Origin: Escherichia coli
GTDB taxonomy: Bacteria > Pseudomonadota > Gammaproteobacteria > Enterobacterales > Enterobacteriaceae
Assembly (NCBI RefSeq): GCF_041886205.1
Contig: NZ_CP169029.1
Length of the DNA stretch: 64,000 bases
Direction: 5' to 3' (one strand)
Shown here: piece by piece, positions 1 to 11,646 of the stretch
How the letters are laid out: every line of letters begins with the position of its first letter
Position numbering within the stretch: position 1 is the stretch's first letter
Notes under the pieces: model-generated
Told to the model about the DNA's origin: nothing
The model's input: the letters and a program-made list of their open reading frames with translations, nothing else
The model's database searches: none
Translations under genes and position numbers: made by a program

Positions 1-8
1 TTATTCCC

Positions 9-1232
9 TCAATGCGCATGGATAGCACTTTCAGAGCGCATCCGCTCCAGTGCGCCAGAAATATTGGCTTCGGAATCAATCAGGAACAGGCCGCTGGAAA
101 CCACCTTTTCACCTTCCGCCAGACCAGAGCGTAATGCGGTGACACCTTGCGATGCCTGGAAAACGGCAACGCGTTTCGGTACAAAGCGCCCGTCGGCATC
201 AACGGTAATCACCCGCTGTTCGCTGCCGGTATCAATCAGCGCTTGTGACGGAATGAGCAGCATCGGTTCGCTGGCGGTATTGAGTTGCAACCAGGCGTTC
301 ATGCCCGGTTTTAGCGCCTCGTCGGCGTTGTCGACTTCCAGACGCAGCTGCAGCGTGCGGGTCGCGGCATCCACGCCGGGTAGCAGCGTCCATTTGCGGA
401 TGGTGAGCGTTTTATCCGGTCGTGCCGGAACGGTGAGCGTAAACTGCGAGGCATCTTTCACCAGCCAGGCGATAGACTCCGGGATCGCAGCAGTGACCCA
501 CACCGGGTCCATACCCTGAATTTTCGCTACCACGTTATCTTTGGCGATATTCATTCCCGCGCGCAGATCAAACGCGATGATCACGCCATCAATGGGTGCT
601 TTGAGCGTAAAGCGAGTCTGGATTTTTTGCGTGGCGATCAGGCGGCGAATATCCGCCTCCGGCATTCCCGCCAGTCGCAGCCGCTCAAGAATGCCTTCAG
701 TCTGGGTCGCCGTACCGCCGGTTTCGCGCAGCAGTAAATACTCACTCTGCGCTTCCACCCAGTCGGGAATGGTCAGGTCGAGAAGCGGTGTGCCCTTTTG
801 TACTTTATCGCCCACGGTAAGCGGATACACCTTGTCGATAAACCCGGCAGCGCGAGCCTGCACAATGGCATACTGATACTCGTTGTAACTGACATTCGCC
901 GGGAAACTCTGGGCAAAAGTCAGCGGCCCGCGCGTGACGGTAGCCGTTTTCACCCCCAGATTCTGCGTCTGAGTCGGGTCAATGCGCACACCAGACGCAG
1001 AACTCTCTTCATCGGCATATTTCGGCACCAGATCCATATCCATAAACGGCGATTTACCTGGTTTATCGAACCGCGTATTGGGATACATCGGGTCGTACCA
1101 GAATAAAATTTTACGTTCTGCGGTCGGCGTTTTTTCTGCGTGCTGTTCCGCCTGGTCAAACCAGGTAAAACCTGCCGCAGAAATAATACCGCCCGCGATC
1201 ATGCTGCCGATAATAAGCGCGATTTTTTTCAT
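9..1232 (-). CDS. cusB: Cu(I)/Ag(I) efflux RND membrane fusion protein CusB
   Basis: 407-aa ORF with N-terminal signal-like hydrophobic segment; directly downstream of cusF and cusC on the same strand; length matches CusB. Confidence 0.9.
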   Translation of the reverse strand: MKKIALIIGSMIAGGIISAAGFTWFDQAEQHAEKTPTAERKILFWYDPMYPNTRFDKPGKSPFMDMDLVPKYADEESSASGVRIDPTQTQNLGVKTATVTRGPLTFAQSFPANVSYNEYQYAIVQARAAGFIDKVYPLTVGDKVQKGTPLLDLTIPDWVEAQSEYLLLRETGGTATQTEGILERLRLAGMPEADIRRLIATQKIQTRFTLKAPIDGVIIAFDLRAGMNIAKDNVVAKIQGMDPVWVTAAIPESIAWLVKDASQFTLTVPARPDKTLTIRKWTLLPGVDAATRTLQLRLEVDNADEALKPGMNAWLQLNTASEPMLLIPSQALIDTGSEQRVITVDADGRFVPKRVAVFQASQGVTALRSGLAEGEKVVSSGLFLIDSEANISGALERMRSESAIHAH

Positions 1233-1247
1233 CTCATTAAACCTGGG

Positions 1248-1580
1248 TTACTGGCTGACTTTAATATCCTGTAATAAAGAAAGGTTGCCCTGCTGGACAA
1301 AATTAAACGCCACTTTGTCGCCGGTTTTAATTTCACTCATTTTCGTCTGCGGGGTGATGGTAAAGCGCATAGTCATCTCCGGCCAGTTCACGGCAGCAAT
1401 CGGATCGTGATGGATGGTGATTTTTTTGCTTTCCAGATCAATACCCTTTACCACGCCAGTGGCGCTAATAACCTGCGGTTGTACTTCGCTCATGGTTTCA
1501 TGATGATGTTCGTTAGCCTGGGCATTAAAGCCAATAACGGTAAACAGACTGAACATTGCGACTTGCAGTGCTTTTTTCAT
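1248..1580 (-). CDS. cusF: Periplasmic copper/silver chaperone CusF
   Basis: 110-aa ORF with signal peptide and His/Met-rich region; sits between cusC and cusB. Confidence 0.9.
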   Translation of the reverse strand: MKKALQVAMFSLFTVIGFNAQANEHHHETMSEVQPQVISATGVVKGIDLESKKITIHHDPIAAVNWPEMTMRFTITPQTKMSEIKTGDKVAFNFVQQGNLSLLQDIKVSQ

Positions 1581-1603
1581 TTATTCTCTCCTGGAGTTAA
1601 AAA

Positions 1604-2986
1604 TTATTGCTGCCAACCGCCACCAAGTGCGGTATATAAAGAAATTTCGTTGACCTGACGGGCATAATTCAGGTCAAGTAAAGTTTGTCGGGTTGCAAAT
1701 AAAGAACGCTCGGCATCCAGCACTTCCAGATAACTTACCGCGCCGTGCTGATATAATGCCCGCGCCCGTTGCAGGGTAATTTGCAGCGACGCCAGATAAC
1801 GCTGTTGGGCGCTGATTTGATCGTCCAGGCTTTGACGTAATGCCAGCGCATCAGCCACTTCTTTAAAGGCGTTCTGGATTTTTTGTTCATAATTCACCAC
1901 CGACTGCTGCTGGCGAATTTCGGCGATATCCAGATTGGCCTGGTTGCGTCCAGCATTAAAAATGGGAATCTCAATTTTGGGTATAAAATTCCACATCCCG
2001 CTGCTGGCGTTAAATAATGACGATAGATCGCTACTGGCGGTTGATATTCCGCTGGTCAGGCTTATAGACGGGAAAAATGCCGCGCGTGCGGCCCCAATAT
2101 TGGCATTAGCCGCCATTAACGCGTGTTCAGCTTCCATAATATCCGGGCGCTGCAATAAGATTTGCGACGACAAGCCCGCCGGTAATTTAACGCTTTGCAG
2201 ACTGCCGCCGTTTACTGTCTGCGCTTGCGGCAGCTTGCCGTAGCTTCCCAATAACAGTTGCAATGCATTATTCGCCTGCGCCAGTTCCCCCTGACGTTTA
2301 GCGATGTCGCTGCGGGTACTTTCAATCACCCCGCGAGCCTGTTCCAGCGCCAGAACATTGCTGCTGCCGGTCAACAGTTGTTTTTCGACAAACGCATATG
2401 ACTGCTGATAATTACGCAGCGTTTCTTCGGCTATTTGCAATTGCGCATACGCCAGTTGCTGATTGAAATAGCTTTGCGCGACATTAGAAACCAGCAGAAT
2501 ATGCACCGCGCGCTGAGCTTCCTCAGTGGCTAAATAATTTTGTCGCTCGGCTTCGCTCATGTTCTTTAAGCGACCGAAAAAATCGAGGTCAAAGCTGGCG
2601 TTAAGGCCGGTCGAAAACTCCCGTGTCGTGGCGGTATTCCCTTTAAGATTACCGCTCCAGCTGCCGCTGCCCTCGCCATTGAGCTGTGGATAGCGGTCGG
2701 CATCGGTCAGACGATATTGCGCCCGTGCCTCCTGCACTTTCAGCGTCGCCATGCGCAAATCCCGGTTATTCACCAGCGCCTCGCTAATCAGCGTCTTCAC
2801 CTGATTATCAACAAAAAAGGTGCGCCAGCCCGCGTTCTGATAGTTATCTGCTGCGTTAACCAGGCCGTTCTGGTTGAGTGAGAACTGCTGCGGCACGGGC
2901 ATTGCCGGACGCTGATAATCCGGTGCCAGTGAACAACCGGTTAGCGCAAGGGCCACACAAAATGGCAGAAGTTTACAAGGAGACAT
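1604..2986 (-). CDS. cusC: Outer membrane factor CusC of the Cus efflux system
   Basis: 460-aa ORF with lipoprotein lipobox (LTGC) and OMF-family repeats; first gene of the cusCFB(A) operon. Annotated start may be a few codons different. Confidence 0.9.
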   Translation of the reverse strand: MSPCKLLPFCVALALTGCSLAPDYQRPAMPVPQQFSLNQNGLVNAADNYQNAGWRTFFVDNQVKTLISEALVNNRDLRMATLKVQEARAQYRLTDADRYPQLNGEGSGSWSGNLKGNTATTREFSTGLNASFDLDFFGRLKNMSEAERQNYLATEEAQRAVHILLVSNVAQSYFNQQLAYAQLQIAEETLRNYQQSYAFVEKQLLTGSSNVLALEQARGVIESTRSDIAKRQGELAQANNALQLLLGSYGKLPQAQTVNGGSLQSVKLPAGLSSQILLQRPDIMEAEHALMAANANIGAARAAFFPSISLTSGISTASSDLSSLFNASSGMWNFIPKIEIPIFNAGRNQANLDIAEIRQQQSVVNYEQKIQNAFKEVADALALRQSLDDQISAQQRYLASLQITLQRARALYQHGAVSYLEVLDAERSLFATRQTLLDLNYARQVNEISLYTALGGGWQQ

Positions 2987-3055
2987 AGGCTCATAATTTC
3001 TGGTGATTTTATGCCGCCAACTTTACTCGCCAGGCTCTGATTTTCCGGTGACAGA

Positions 3056-3077
3056 AAAATGACAAAATTGTCATTTT
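3056..3077. promoter_or_regulatory. Candidate CusR operator in the divergent cusC/cusR promoter region
   Basis: Palindrome AAAATGACAA-AA-TTGTCATTTT read directly in the sequence, centred between the divergent cusC and cusR starts. Confidence 0.6.
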
Positions 3078-3142
3078 GCCAATAAGCGATTGCCATCTGA
3101 TCCCGCTACTCTAGAATTGCCCGGGCAACATGCGGAGGAAAT

Positions 3143-3826
3143 ATGAAACTGTTGATTGTCGAAGATGAAAAGAAAACCGGAGAATACTTGACCAAAGGGT
3201 TAACCGAAGCCGGTTTTGTAGTCGATTTGGCCGACAACGGGCTGAATGGCTACCATCTGGCGATGACCAGTGATTATGATCTGATAATCCTCGATATTAT
3301 GCTGCCGGACGTGAACGGCTGGGATATCGTGCGCATGTTGCGTTCCGCCAATAAAGGGATGCCGATTCTGTTGCTTACCGCGCTTGGCACCATTGAACAT
3401 CGCGTCAAGGGGCTGGAGTTGGGGGCGGATGACTATCTGGTGAAGCCGTTCGCTTTTGCTGAACTGCTGGCGCGGGTGCGCACTCTCCTGCGGCGCGGAG
3501 CGGCGGTAATTATCGAAAGTCAGTTTCAGGTTGCCGATCTGATGGTCGATCTCGTCAGCCGCAAAGTCACCCGCAGCGGTACGCGCATCACGTTGACCAG
3601 TAAAGAATTTACTCTGCTGGAGTTTTTCCTTCGCCATCAGGGCGAAGTGCTGCCCCGCTCGCTTATCGCTTCGCAGGTATGGGACATGAATTTCGACAGC
3701 GACACTAACGCTATTGATGTGGCGGTGAAGCGGCTACGCGGCAAAATCGACAACGACTTTGAGCCAAAGCTGATTCAAACCGTGCGTGGCGTGGGTTACA
3801 TGCTTGAGGTGCCGGATGGTCAGTAA
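3143..3826 (+). CDS. cusR: Copper-responsive response regulator CusR (OmpR family)
   Basis: 227-aa ORF with receiver domain and winged-helix C-terminus; divergent from cusC. Confidence 0.9.
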   Translation: MKLLIVEDEKKTGEYLTKGLTEAGFVVDLADNGLNGYHLAMTSDYDLIILDIMLPDVNGWDIVRMLRSANKGMPILLLTALGTIEHRVKGLELGADDYLVKPFAFAELLARVRTLLRRGAAVIIESQFQVADLMVDLVSRKVTRSGTRITLTSKEFTLLEFFLRHQGEVLPRSLIASQVWDMNFDSDTNAIDVAVKRLRGKIDNDFEPKLIQTVRGVGYMLEVPDGQ

Positions 3827-5258
3827 GCCATTTCAGCGCCCGTTTTCGCTGGCAACCCGCCTGACCTTTTTTATCAGCCTGGCCACCATCGCGGCATTTT
3901 TCGCCTTTGCATGGATCATGATCCACTCAGTAAAAGTGCATTTTGCCGAGCAGGATATTAATGATTTAAAAGAGATTAGCGCCACCCTTGAACGGGTACT
4001 AAATCACCCTGACGAAACGCAAGCCCGACGCTTAATGACGCTGGAAGATATCGTCAGTGGTTATTCCAATGTGTTGATTTCCCTGGCAGATAGCCACGGC
4101 AAAACGGTGTATCACTCCCCCGGTGCGCCCGATATCCGCGAGTTTGCACGTGATGCCATACCCGATAAAGACGCGCGGGGTGGCGAGGTGTATCTCCTTT
4201 CCGGCCCGACGATTATGATGCCAGGGCACGGTCACGGGCATATGGAACACAGCAACTGGCGGATGATTAACTTACCGGTTGGCCCGTTGGTGGACGGCAA
4301 ACCGATTTATACGCTCTACATCGCGCTTTCGATCGATTTTCATCTTCATTACATAAATGATTTGATGAATAAACTTATTATGACCGCATCGGTAATCAGC
4401 ATCCTGATCGTCTTTATCGTGCTGTTGGCGGTACATAAAGGTCACGCGCCGATCCGCAGCGTCAGCCGTCAAATCCAGAATATCACCTCGAAAGATCTCG
4501 ACGTTCGCCTTGACCCGCAGACCGTGCCGATTGAGCTGGAACAGCTGGTACTGTCGTTCAACCATATGATCGAGCGTATTGAGGATGTCTTTACCCGCCA
4601 GTCCAATTTCTCAGCAGATATCGCTCACGAAATTCGTACACCGATTACGAATCTCATAACGCAAACGGAAATCGCCCTCAGTCAGTCGCGCAGCCAGAAG
4701 GAGCTGGAAGATGTGCTCTACTCTAATCTCGAAGAGCTGACGCGAATGGCGAAAATGGTCAGCGATATGTTGTTTCTCGCCCAGGCCGATAACAACCAGT
4801 TAATCCCCGAAAAGAAAATGCTCAACCTGGCGGATGAAGTCGGCAAAGTGTTCGATTTTTTCGAGGCATTAGCGGAAGATCGCGGCGTGGAGTTGCGGTT
4901 TGTTGGTGACGAGTGTCAGGTTGCGGGCGATCCGCTGATGCTGCGTCGGGCGTTAAGCAACCTGCTTTCGAACGCCCTGCGTTATACGCCACCCGGAGAG
5001 GCAATTGTTGTGCGCTGCCAGACGGTCGATCACCTGGTGCAAGTTTCCGTCGAAAACCCCGGGACGCCCATTGCGCCCGAACACTTACCGCGATTGTTTG
5101 ACCGTTTCTACCGCGTTGATCCTTCCCGCCAGCGAAAAGGCGAAGGTAGCGGCATTGGTCTGGCGATAGTGAAATCAATTGTTGTCGCGCATAAAGGCAC
5201 GGTTGCGGTAACGTCAGATGCGCGGGGGACAAGGTTTGTTATCACATTACCCGCTTAA
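3816..5258 (+). CDS. cusS: Copper sensor histidine kinase CusS
   Basis: ORF 3786..5258; internal ATG at 3816 gives the expected N-terminus [10 protein letters not shown] and a 480-aa product; two TM segments, HAMP and HisKA/HATPase motifs; 11-bp overlap with cusR. Confidence 0.85.
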   Translation: MVSKPFQRPFSLATRLTFFISLATIAAFFAFAWIMIHSVKVHFAEQDINDLKEISATLERVLNHPDETQARRLMTLEDIVSGYSNVLISLADSHGKTVYHSPGAPDIREFARDAIPDKDARGGEVYLLSGPTIMMPGHGHGHMEHSNWRMINLPVGPLVDGKPIYTLYIALSIDFHLHYINDLMNKLIMTASVISILIVFIVLLAVHKGHAPIRSVSRQIQNITSKDLDVRLDPQTVPIELEQLVLSFNHMIERIEDVFTRQSNFSADIAHEIRTPITNLITQTEIALSQSRSQKELEDVLYSNLEELTRMAKMVSDMLFLAQADNNQLIPEKKMLNLADEVGKVFDFFEALAEDRGVELRFVGDECQVAGDPLMLRRALSNLLSNALRYTPPGEAIVVRCQTVDHLVQVSVENPGTPIAPEHLPRLFDRFYRVDPSRQRKGEGSGIGLAIVKSIVVAHKGTVAVTSDARGTRFVITLPA

Positions 5259-5407
5259 TTATTCAGCAAACGGCAACTTTTATAACCAGTGTAAAAATAA
5301 CGTGCCGCAATAGTCATACCTATTAATGGTAAAAAGCTGTCACAATTCATAAAAAACCTTAATATACGCCACCCTAAACATAACCAGCGTTAATGTAAGG
5401 TTTTTGT

Positions 5408-7614
5408 GTGGACTGGCTTCTTGATGTTTTTGCTACCTGGCTCTACGGCTTAAAAGTAATCGCGATAACGTTAGCGGTCATCATGTTCATCAGTGGGCTG
5501 GACGATTTTTTTATTGATGTCGTCTACTGGGTACGCCGCATTAAACGCAAGTTGAGTGTTTATCGCCGCTACCCGCGAATGAGTTACCGCGAACTGTATA
5601 AACCAGATGAAAAACCGTTAGCGATTATGGTTCCGGCGTGGAATGAAACGGGCGTCATCGGCAATATGGCCGAGCTGGCGGCGACCACGCTCGACTATGA
5701 AAACTATCATATCTTTGTTGGCACCTACCCCAACGACCCCGATACTCACCAAACGTGCATAAGGTAGTCTGCGCGCGTCCTGGCCCCACCAGCAAAGCCG
5801 ACTGCCTGAACAACGTGCTGGACGCCATCACCCAGTTTGAGCGTAGCGCCAATTTCGCTTTTGCTGGTTTTATTCTGCATGACGCCGAAGACGTAATTTC
5901 ACCGATGGAATTGCGTCTGTTCAACTATCTGGTCGAGCGTAAAGATCTGATTCAAATCCCGGTATACCCATTCGAACGCGAATGGACGCACTTCACCAGC
6001 ATGACTTACATTGATGAGTTTTCAGAACTGCATGGCAAAGATGTTCCGGTGCGTGAAGCCCTCGCCGGACAGGTGCCCAGCGCAGGCGTCGGTACTTGTT
6101 TCAGCCGCCGCGCCGTGACCGCACTGTTAGCTGACGGTGACGGTATTGCTTTCGACGTGCAGAGTCTTACTGAAGATTACGACATTGGTTTCCGCCTGAA
6201 AGAAAAAGGTATGACGGAAATTTTTGTCCGTTTTCCGGTGGTGGACGAAGCCAAAGAACGCGAGCAGCGTAAATTTTTACAGCACGCGCGGACGTCAAAC
6301 ATGATCTGCGTGCGCGAATATTTCCCCGATACCTTTTCGACTGCGGTTCGACAAAAATCTCGCTGGATCATCGGCATTGTTTTCCAGGGCTTTAAAACCC
6401 ATAAATGGACCTCCAGCCTGACGCTGAACTACTTTCTCTGGCGCGACCGCAAAGGGGCAATCAGTAACTTTGTCAGCTTCCTCGCGATGCTGGTGATGAT
6501 CCAGCTTTTGCTGTTGCTGGCGTATGAAAGTTTGTGGCCCGATGCCTGGCATTTCCTTTCTATTTTTAGCGGCAGCGCATGGTTAATGACCCTGCTGTGG
6601 CTAAACTTTGGCTTGATGGTTAACCGCATCGTGCAGCGAGTGATTTTCGTCACTGGCTACTACGGCCTCACGCAGGGCCTGCTTTCCGTCCTGCGTCTTT
6701 TCTGGGGCAACCTGATTAACTTCATGGCCAACTGGCGCGCGCTAAAACAGGTACTCCAACACGGCGATCCACGTCGCGTCGCGTGGGATAAAACAACGCA
6801 TGACTTCCCCAGCGTGACTGGCGATACCCGCTCGTTGCGCCCGTTAGGCCAAATTCTGCTGGAAAATCAGGTCATCACTGAAGAACAACTCGATACAGCA
6901 CTGCGTAATCGCGTCGAAGGTCTACGCCTGGGCGGTTCAATGCTGATGCAGGGGCTGATTAGCGCCGAGCAGCTGGCACAGGCGCTGGCAGAGCAAAACG
7001 GCGTGGCGTGGGAATCCATCGATGCCTGGCAGATCCCTTCCTCGCTGATTGCCGAAATGCCGGCCTCCGTGGCGCTGCATTATGCGGTACTGCCGCTGCG
7101 TCTGGAAAATGATGAGTTAATTGTCGGCAGTGAAGATGGTATTGACCCGGTTTCGCTGGCGGCCCTTACGCGTAAAGTCGGACGCAAAGTGCGTTACGTC
7201 ATTGTTCTGCGGGGACAAATTGTCACAGGGTTACGTCACTGGTATGCACGCCGACGCGGTCACGATCCGCGGGCAATGTTGTACAATGCGGTTCAGCATC
7301 AGTGGCTCACGGAACAGCAGACCGGTGAAATCTGGCGGCAATATGTGCCGCATCAGTTCCTGTTCGCCGAAATACTGACCACGCTCGGTCATATTAATCG
7401 TTCAGCAATTAACGTGTTGTTATTGCGCCATGAACGCAGTTCTCTGCCGCTCGGCAAGTTTTTGGTCACCGAAGGCGTTATCAGCCAGGAAACGTTGGAT
7501 CGCGTCCTGACAATTCAACGCGAATTACAAGTTTCGATGCAATCACTATTACTCAAAGCAGGTTTAAACACAGAACAGGTTGCGCAACTGGAGTCCGAAA
7601 ATGAAGGAGAATAA
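5408..7614 (+). pseudogene. nfrB: nfrB (inner-membrane glycosyltransferase, phage N4 receptor component) disrupted by a frameshift
   Basis: Two overlapping ORFs in different frames (5408..5767, 119 aa; 5755..7614, 619 aa) together cover a GT2-type glycosyltransferase. Frame 2 stops at TAG 5765-5767 right after ...YPNDPDT; the protein resumes in frame 1 at ...NVHKVVCARPGPTSKADCLNNVL. Expected single product is about 745 aa (from memory). Confidence 0.75.
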
Positions 7615-10573
7615 CCTTAATCGCGTCATCGGATGGTCTGGTTTACTGCTGACGTCTTTATTGAGTACCAGCGCACTCGCAGACAATATCGGCACCAGCG
7701 CAGAAGAGCTGGGGCTGAGCGATTATCGCCATTTTGTTATTTATCCCCGTCTCGATAAGGCGCTGAAGGCACAGAAAAATAACGACGAAGCAACCGCCAT
7801 CCGCGAATTTGAATATATACACCAGCAGGTGCCGGATAATATTCTGCTGACTTTATACCTTGCGGAAGCCTATCGCCATTTTGGTCATGATGACCGGGCG
7901 AGGCTGTTGCTTGAGGATCAACTGAAACGTCACCCAGGAGATGCCCGACTTGAGCGCAGTCTGGCGGCTATTCCGGTTGAAGTGAAAAGCGTTACAACTG
8001 TTGAAGAACTGCTTGCCCAGCAAAAAGCGTGCGATGCTGCGCCGACCCTGCGTTGTCGCAGTGAAGTCGGGCAGAATGCCCTGCGGCTGGCACAGTTACC
8101 TGTCGCCAGAGCGCAACTGAACGATGCGACGTTTGCTGCATCGCCGGAAGGAAAAACGCTGCGAACCGATCTGCTGCAACGGGCAATCTACCTGAAACAA
8201 TGGTCACAGGCAGATACGCTATACAATGAAGCACGCCAGCAGAACACATTAAGCGCGGCAGAACGCCGTCAGTGGTTTGACGTGCTTCTTGCCGGGCAGC
8301 TGGACGATCGGATCCTGGCACTGCAATCACAGGGGATCTTCACCGATCCTCAGTCATATATTACTTACGCGACCGCGCTGGCTTATCGTGGCGAAAAAGC
8401 ACGCCTCCAGCATTATCTCATTGAAAATAAGCCGCTGTTTACCACGGACGCACAAGAGAAAAGTTGGCTCTATCTGTTATCTAAATACAGCGGCAACCCC
8501 GTTCAGGCATTGGCGAATTATACGGTGCAGTTTGCCGATAACCGCCAGTATGTTGTTGGCGCGACGCTACCGGTGCTGTTAAAAGAAGGTCAGTACGACG
8601 CAGCGCAAAAACTGCTCGCCACCCTCCCCGCCAATGAAATGCTTGAGGAGCGTTATGCTGTCAGCGTGGCGACCCATAACAAGGCTGAAGCTTTGCGTCT
8701 GGCACGATTGCTGTATCAGCAAGAACCGGCAAATCTTACCCGCCTGGATCAACTGACCTGGCAACTGATGCAGAACGAGCAGTCACGCGAAGCTGCCGAT
8801 TTATTGCTGCAACGCTATCCTTTCCAGGGCGATGCGCGTGTCAGCCAGACTTTAATGGCGCGACTGGCGTCTCTGCTGGAAAGTCATCCTTACCTGGCAA
8901 CGCCGGCGAAGGTGGCGATTTTATCGAAACCCTTACCGCTGGCGGAGCAACGTCAGTGGCAAAGTCAGTTGCCGGGTATTGCAGATAATTGCCCGGCAAT
9001 AGTTCGCTTGCTGGGCGATATGTCGCCTTCCTACGATGCTGCCGCCTGGAACCGTCTGGCAAAGTGTTATCGGGACACGCTACCCGGTGTGGCGTTGTAT
9101 ACATGGCTTCAGGCCGAACAACGACAACCGAGCGCCTGGCAACATCGTGCGGTAGCCTATCAGGCGTATCAGGTTGAGGACTACGCCACCGCACTGGCGG
9201 CCTGGCAGAAAATCAGTCTTCACGACATGAGCAATGAGGATCTGCTTGCTGCTGCCAATACCGCCCAGGCGGCAGGAAATGGTGCGGCTCGCGATCGCTG
9301 GCTACAACAGGCAGAACAACGTGGACTGGGAAGCAATGCCCTCTACTGGTGGCTGCATGCACAACGTTACATTCCTGGTCAGCCGGAACTCGCACTGAAC
9401 GATCTCACGCGCTCAATCAATATTGCGCCTTCTGCCAACGCTTACGTTGCGCGGGCGACAATTTATCGCCAACGTCATAATGTCCCGGCCGCGGTGAGTG
9501 ATTTGCGCGCCGCGCTGGAACTGGAACCGAATAATAGCAACATCCAGGCAGCGCTTGGTTACGCCTTGTGGGATAGCAGTGATATCGCACAGTCGCGGGA
9601 AATGCTCGAACAGGCGCATAAAGGGCTTCCGGACGATCCGGCACTGATCCGACAACTGGCCTACGTGAACCAGCGTCTGGATGACATGCCTGCGACGCAG
9701 CACTACGCCCGGCTAGTGATTGATGACATTGATAATCAGGCGCTGATAACCCCACTGACCCCAGAGCAAAATCAACAACGCTTCAATTTCCGCCGTTTGC
9801 ATGAGGAGGTCGGTCGCCGCTGGACGTTCAGTTTCGATTCTTCTATCGGCTTGCGTTCCGGGGCAATGAGTACCTCTAACAATAATGTTGGCGGCGCAGC
9901 GCCAGGGAAAAGCTATCGTAGCTACGGGCAACTGGAAGCCGAGTACCGCATCGGACGCAATATGCTGCTGGAAGGCGACCTGCTCTCAGTTTATAGCCGC
10001 GTCTTTACCGATACCGGAGAAAACGGGGTGATGATGCCGGTGAAAAATCCGATGTCCGGCACCGGTCTGCGCTGGAAGCCGCTGCGCGATCAGATCTTTT
10101 TCCTCGCCGTCGAACAGCAGTTGCCGCTGAACGGGCAAAATGGCGCATCCGATACCATGCTGCGCGCCAGCGCCTCATTCTTTAATGGCGGCAAATACAG
10201 CGACGAATGGCACCCGAACGGTTCAGGCTGGTTTGCCCAAAACCTGTACCTCGATGCGGCGCAATATATCCGCCAGGATATTCAGGCGTGGACGGCAGAT
10301 TATCGCGTCAGCTGGCATCAGAAGGTAGCTAACGGACAGACTATTGAGCCTTACGCTCACGTTCAGGACAACGGCTATCGTGATAAAGGCACTCAGGGCG
10401 CGCAGCTTGGCGGAGTCGGGGTCCGCTGGAATATCTGGACCGGCGAGACGCACTACGACGCCTGGCCGCACAAAGTCAGTCTCGGCGTCGAGTATCAACA
10501 TACCTTTAAGGCGATTAATCAACGTAACGGAGAGCGCAACAACGCGTTTCTCACCATTGGAGTGCACTGGTAA
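7601..10573 (+). CDS. nfrA: Outer membrane protein NfrA (phage N4 receptor, TPR-containing)
   Basis: ORF 7580..10573; internal start at 7601 gives MKENNLNRVIGWSGLLL with signal peptide and about 990 aa; overlaps the nfrB stop. Confidence 0.85.
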   Translation: MKENNLNRVIGWSGLLLTSLLSTSALADNIGTSAEELGLSDYRHFVIYPRLDKALKAQKNNDEATAIREFEYIHQQVPDNILLTLYLAEAYRHFGHDDRARLLLEDQLKRHPGDARLERSLAAIPVEVKSVTTVEELLAQQKACDAAPTLRCRSEVGQNALRLAQLPVARAQLNDATFAASPEGKTLRTDLLQRAIYLKQWSQADTLYNEARQQNTLSAAERRQWFDVLLAGQLDDRILALQSQGIFTDPQSYITYATALAYRGEKARLQHYLIENKPLFTTDAQEKSWLYLLSKYSGNPVQALANYTVQFADNRQYVVGATLPVLLKEGQYDAAQKLLATLPANEMLEERYAVSVATHNKAEALRLARLLYQQEPANLTRLDQLTWQLMQNEQSREAADLLLQRYPFQGDARVSQTLMARLASLLESHPYLATPAKVAILSKPLPLAEQRQWQSQLPGIADNCPAIVRLLGDMSPSYDAAAWNRLAKCYRDTLPGVALYTWLQAEQRQPSAWQHRAVAYQAYQVEDYATALAAWQKISLHDMSNEDLLAAANTAQAAGNGAARDRWLQQAEQRGLGSNALYWWLHAQRYIPGQPELALNDLTRSINIAPSANAYVARATIYRQRHNVPAAVSDLRAALELEPNNSNIQAALGYALWDSSDIAQSREMLEQAHKGLPDDPALIRQLAYVNQRLDDMPATQHYARLVIDDIDNQALITPLTPEQNQQRFNFRRLHEEVGRRWTFSFDSSIGLRSGAMSTSNNNVGGAAPGKSYRSYGQLEAEYRIGRNMLLEGDLLSVYSRVFTDTGENGVMMPVKNPMSGTGLRWKPLRDQIFFLAVEQQLPLNGQNGASDTMLRASASFFNGGKYSDEWHPNGSGWFAQNLYLDAAQYIRQDIQAWTADYRVSWHQKVANGQTIEPYAHVQDNGYRDKGTQGAQLGGVGVRWNIWTGETHYDAWPHKVSLGVEYQHTFKAINQRNGERNNAFLTIGVHW

Positions 10574-11464
10574 ATGCGTAAGTTCATTTTCGTATTGCTG
10601 ACACTGCTTTTGGTCAGCCCTTTTTCCTTTGCGATGAAAGGTATTATCTGGCAACCACAAAACCGAGATAGTCAGGTTACCGATACCCAGTGGCAGGGGC
10701 TGATGAGTCAGTTACGTTTGCAAGGCTTCGATACCCTGGTTTTGCAATGGACCCGTTACGGCGATGCATTTACCCAGCCAGAACAGCGCACGTTATTGTT
10801 TAAGCGTGCCGCAGCTGCGCAACAGGCTGGCCTGAAGCTGATTGTCGGGCTGAACGCCGATCCGGAATTTTTTATGCACCAGAAACAGTCGTCCGCAGCG
10901 CTGGAAAGCTATCTTAATCGCCTGCTGGCTGCCGATCTCCAGCAAGCCAGATTATGGAGCGCCGCGCCTGGCATAACGCCGGATGACTGGTACATCAGCG
11001 CGGAAATTGACGACCTGAACTGGCGCAGCGAAGCTGCCCGTCAGCCTTTGCTAACATGGTTAAACAACGCGCAGCGGCTGATTAGCGATGTTTCAGCAAA
11101 ACCGGTTTATATCAGTAGTTTTTTCGCCGGAAACATGTCGCCCGATGGCTATCGCCAACTGCTGGAACACGTTAAAGCAACCGGCGTTAATGTTTGGGTA
11201 CAGGATGGCAGCGGCGTGGATAAACTGACCGCTGAACAGCGTGAACGTTATCTACAGGCCAGCGCCGATTGCCAAAGTTCCGCCCCAGCAAGCGGCATTG
11301 TTTATGAACTGTTTGTCGCCGGCAAAGGCAAAACCTTTACAGCGAAACCGAAACCGGACGCAGAAATTGCCTCGCTGTTAGCGAAACGTTCCTCTTGCGG
11401 TAAAGACACGCTCTATTTCTCTCTGCGCTATTTGCCCGTCGCGCACGGCATTCTCGAGTATTAA
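10574..11464 (+). CDS. ybcH: Uncharacterised periplasmic protein YbcH
   Basis: 296-aa ORF with signal peptide; ATG immediately follows the nfrA stop. Confidence 0.7.
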   Translation: MRKFIFVLLTLLLVSPFSFAMKGIIWQPQNRDSQVTDTQWQGLMSQLRLQGFDTLVLQWTRYGDAFTQPEQRTLLFKRAAAAQQAGLKLIVGLNADPEFFMHQKQSSAALESYLNRLLAADLQQARLWSAAPGITPDDWYISAEIDDLNWRSEAARQPLLTWLNNAQRLISDVSAKPVYISSFFAGNMSPDGYRQLLEHVKATGVNVWVQDGSGVDKLTAEQRERYLQASADCQSSAPASGIVYELFVAGKGKTFTAKPKPDAEIASLLAKRSSCGKDTLYFSLRYLPVAHGILEY

Positions 11465-11646
11465 ATCTCCTTCAGGTAAGTCGGGTACGACCTGGCTTAC
11501 CTCTTTCGCTCTCGTCAGAATTCCATCAAGATTAATTGCTAAAAAGCATGCTAAAGAAAGAAGATCGTTATGGGCGAACGGGCCGATCACTCATGCAGGA
11601 AGCATAGATCCTTTGAGCGGAGTTTCTGATATCTGAGGAGTGCGAA

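Noticed and set aside
64-1106. ORF-track entries antisense to or out of frame within cusB (64..519, 541..876, 798..1106).
   Set aside because: They lie wholly inside a confidently assigned gene on the other strand or frame, have low-complexity Arg/Ser/Ala-rich translations typical of GC-rich antisense frames, and lack start context. Similar antisense ORFs inside other genes were rejected for the same reason.
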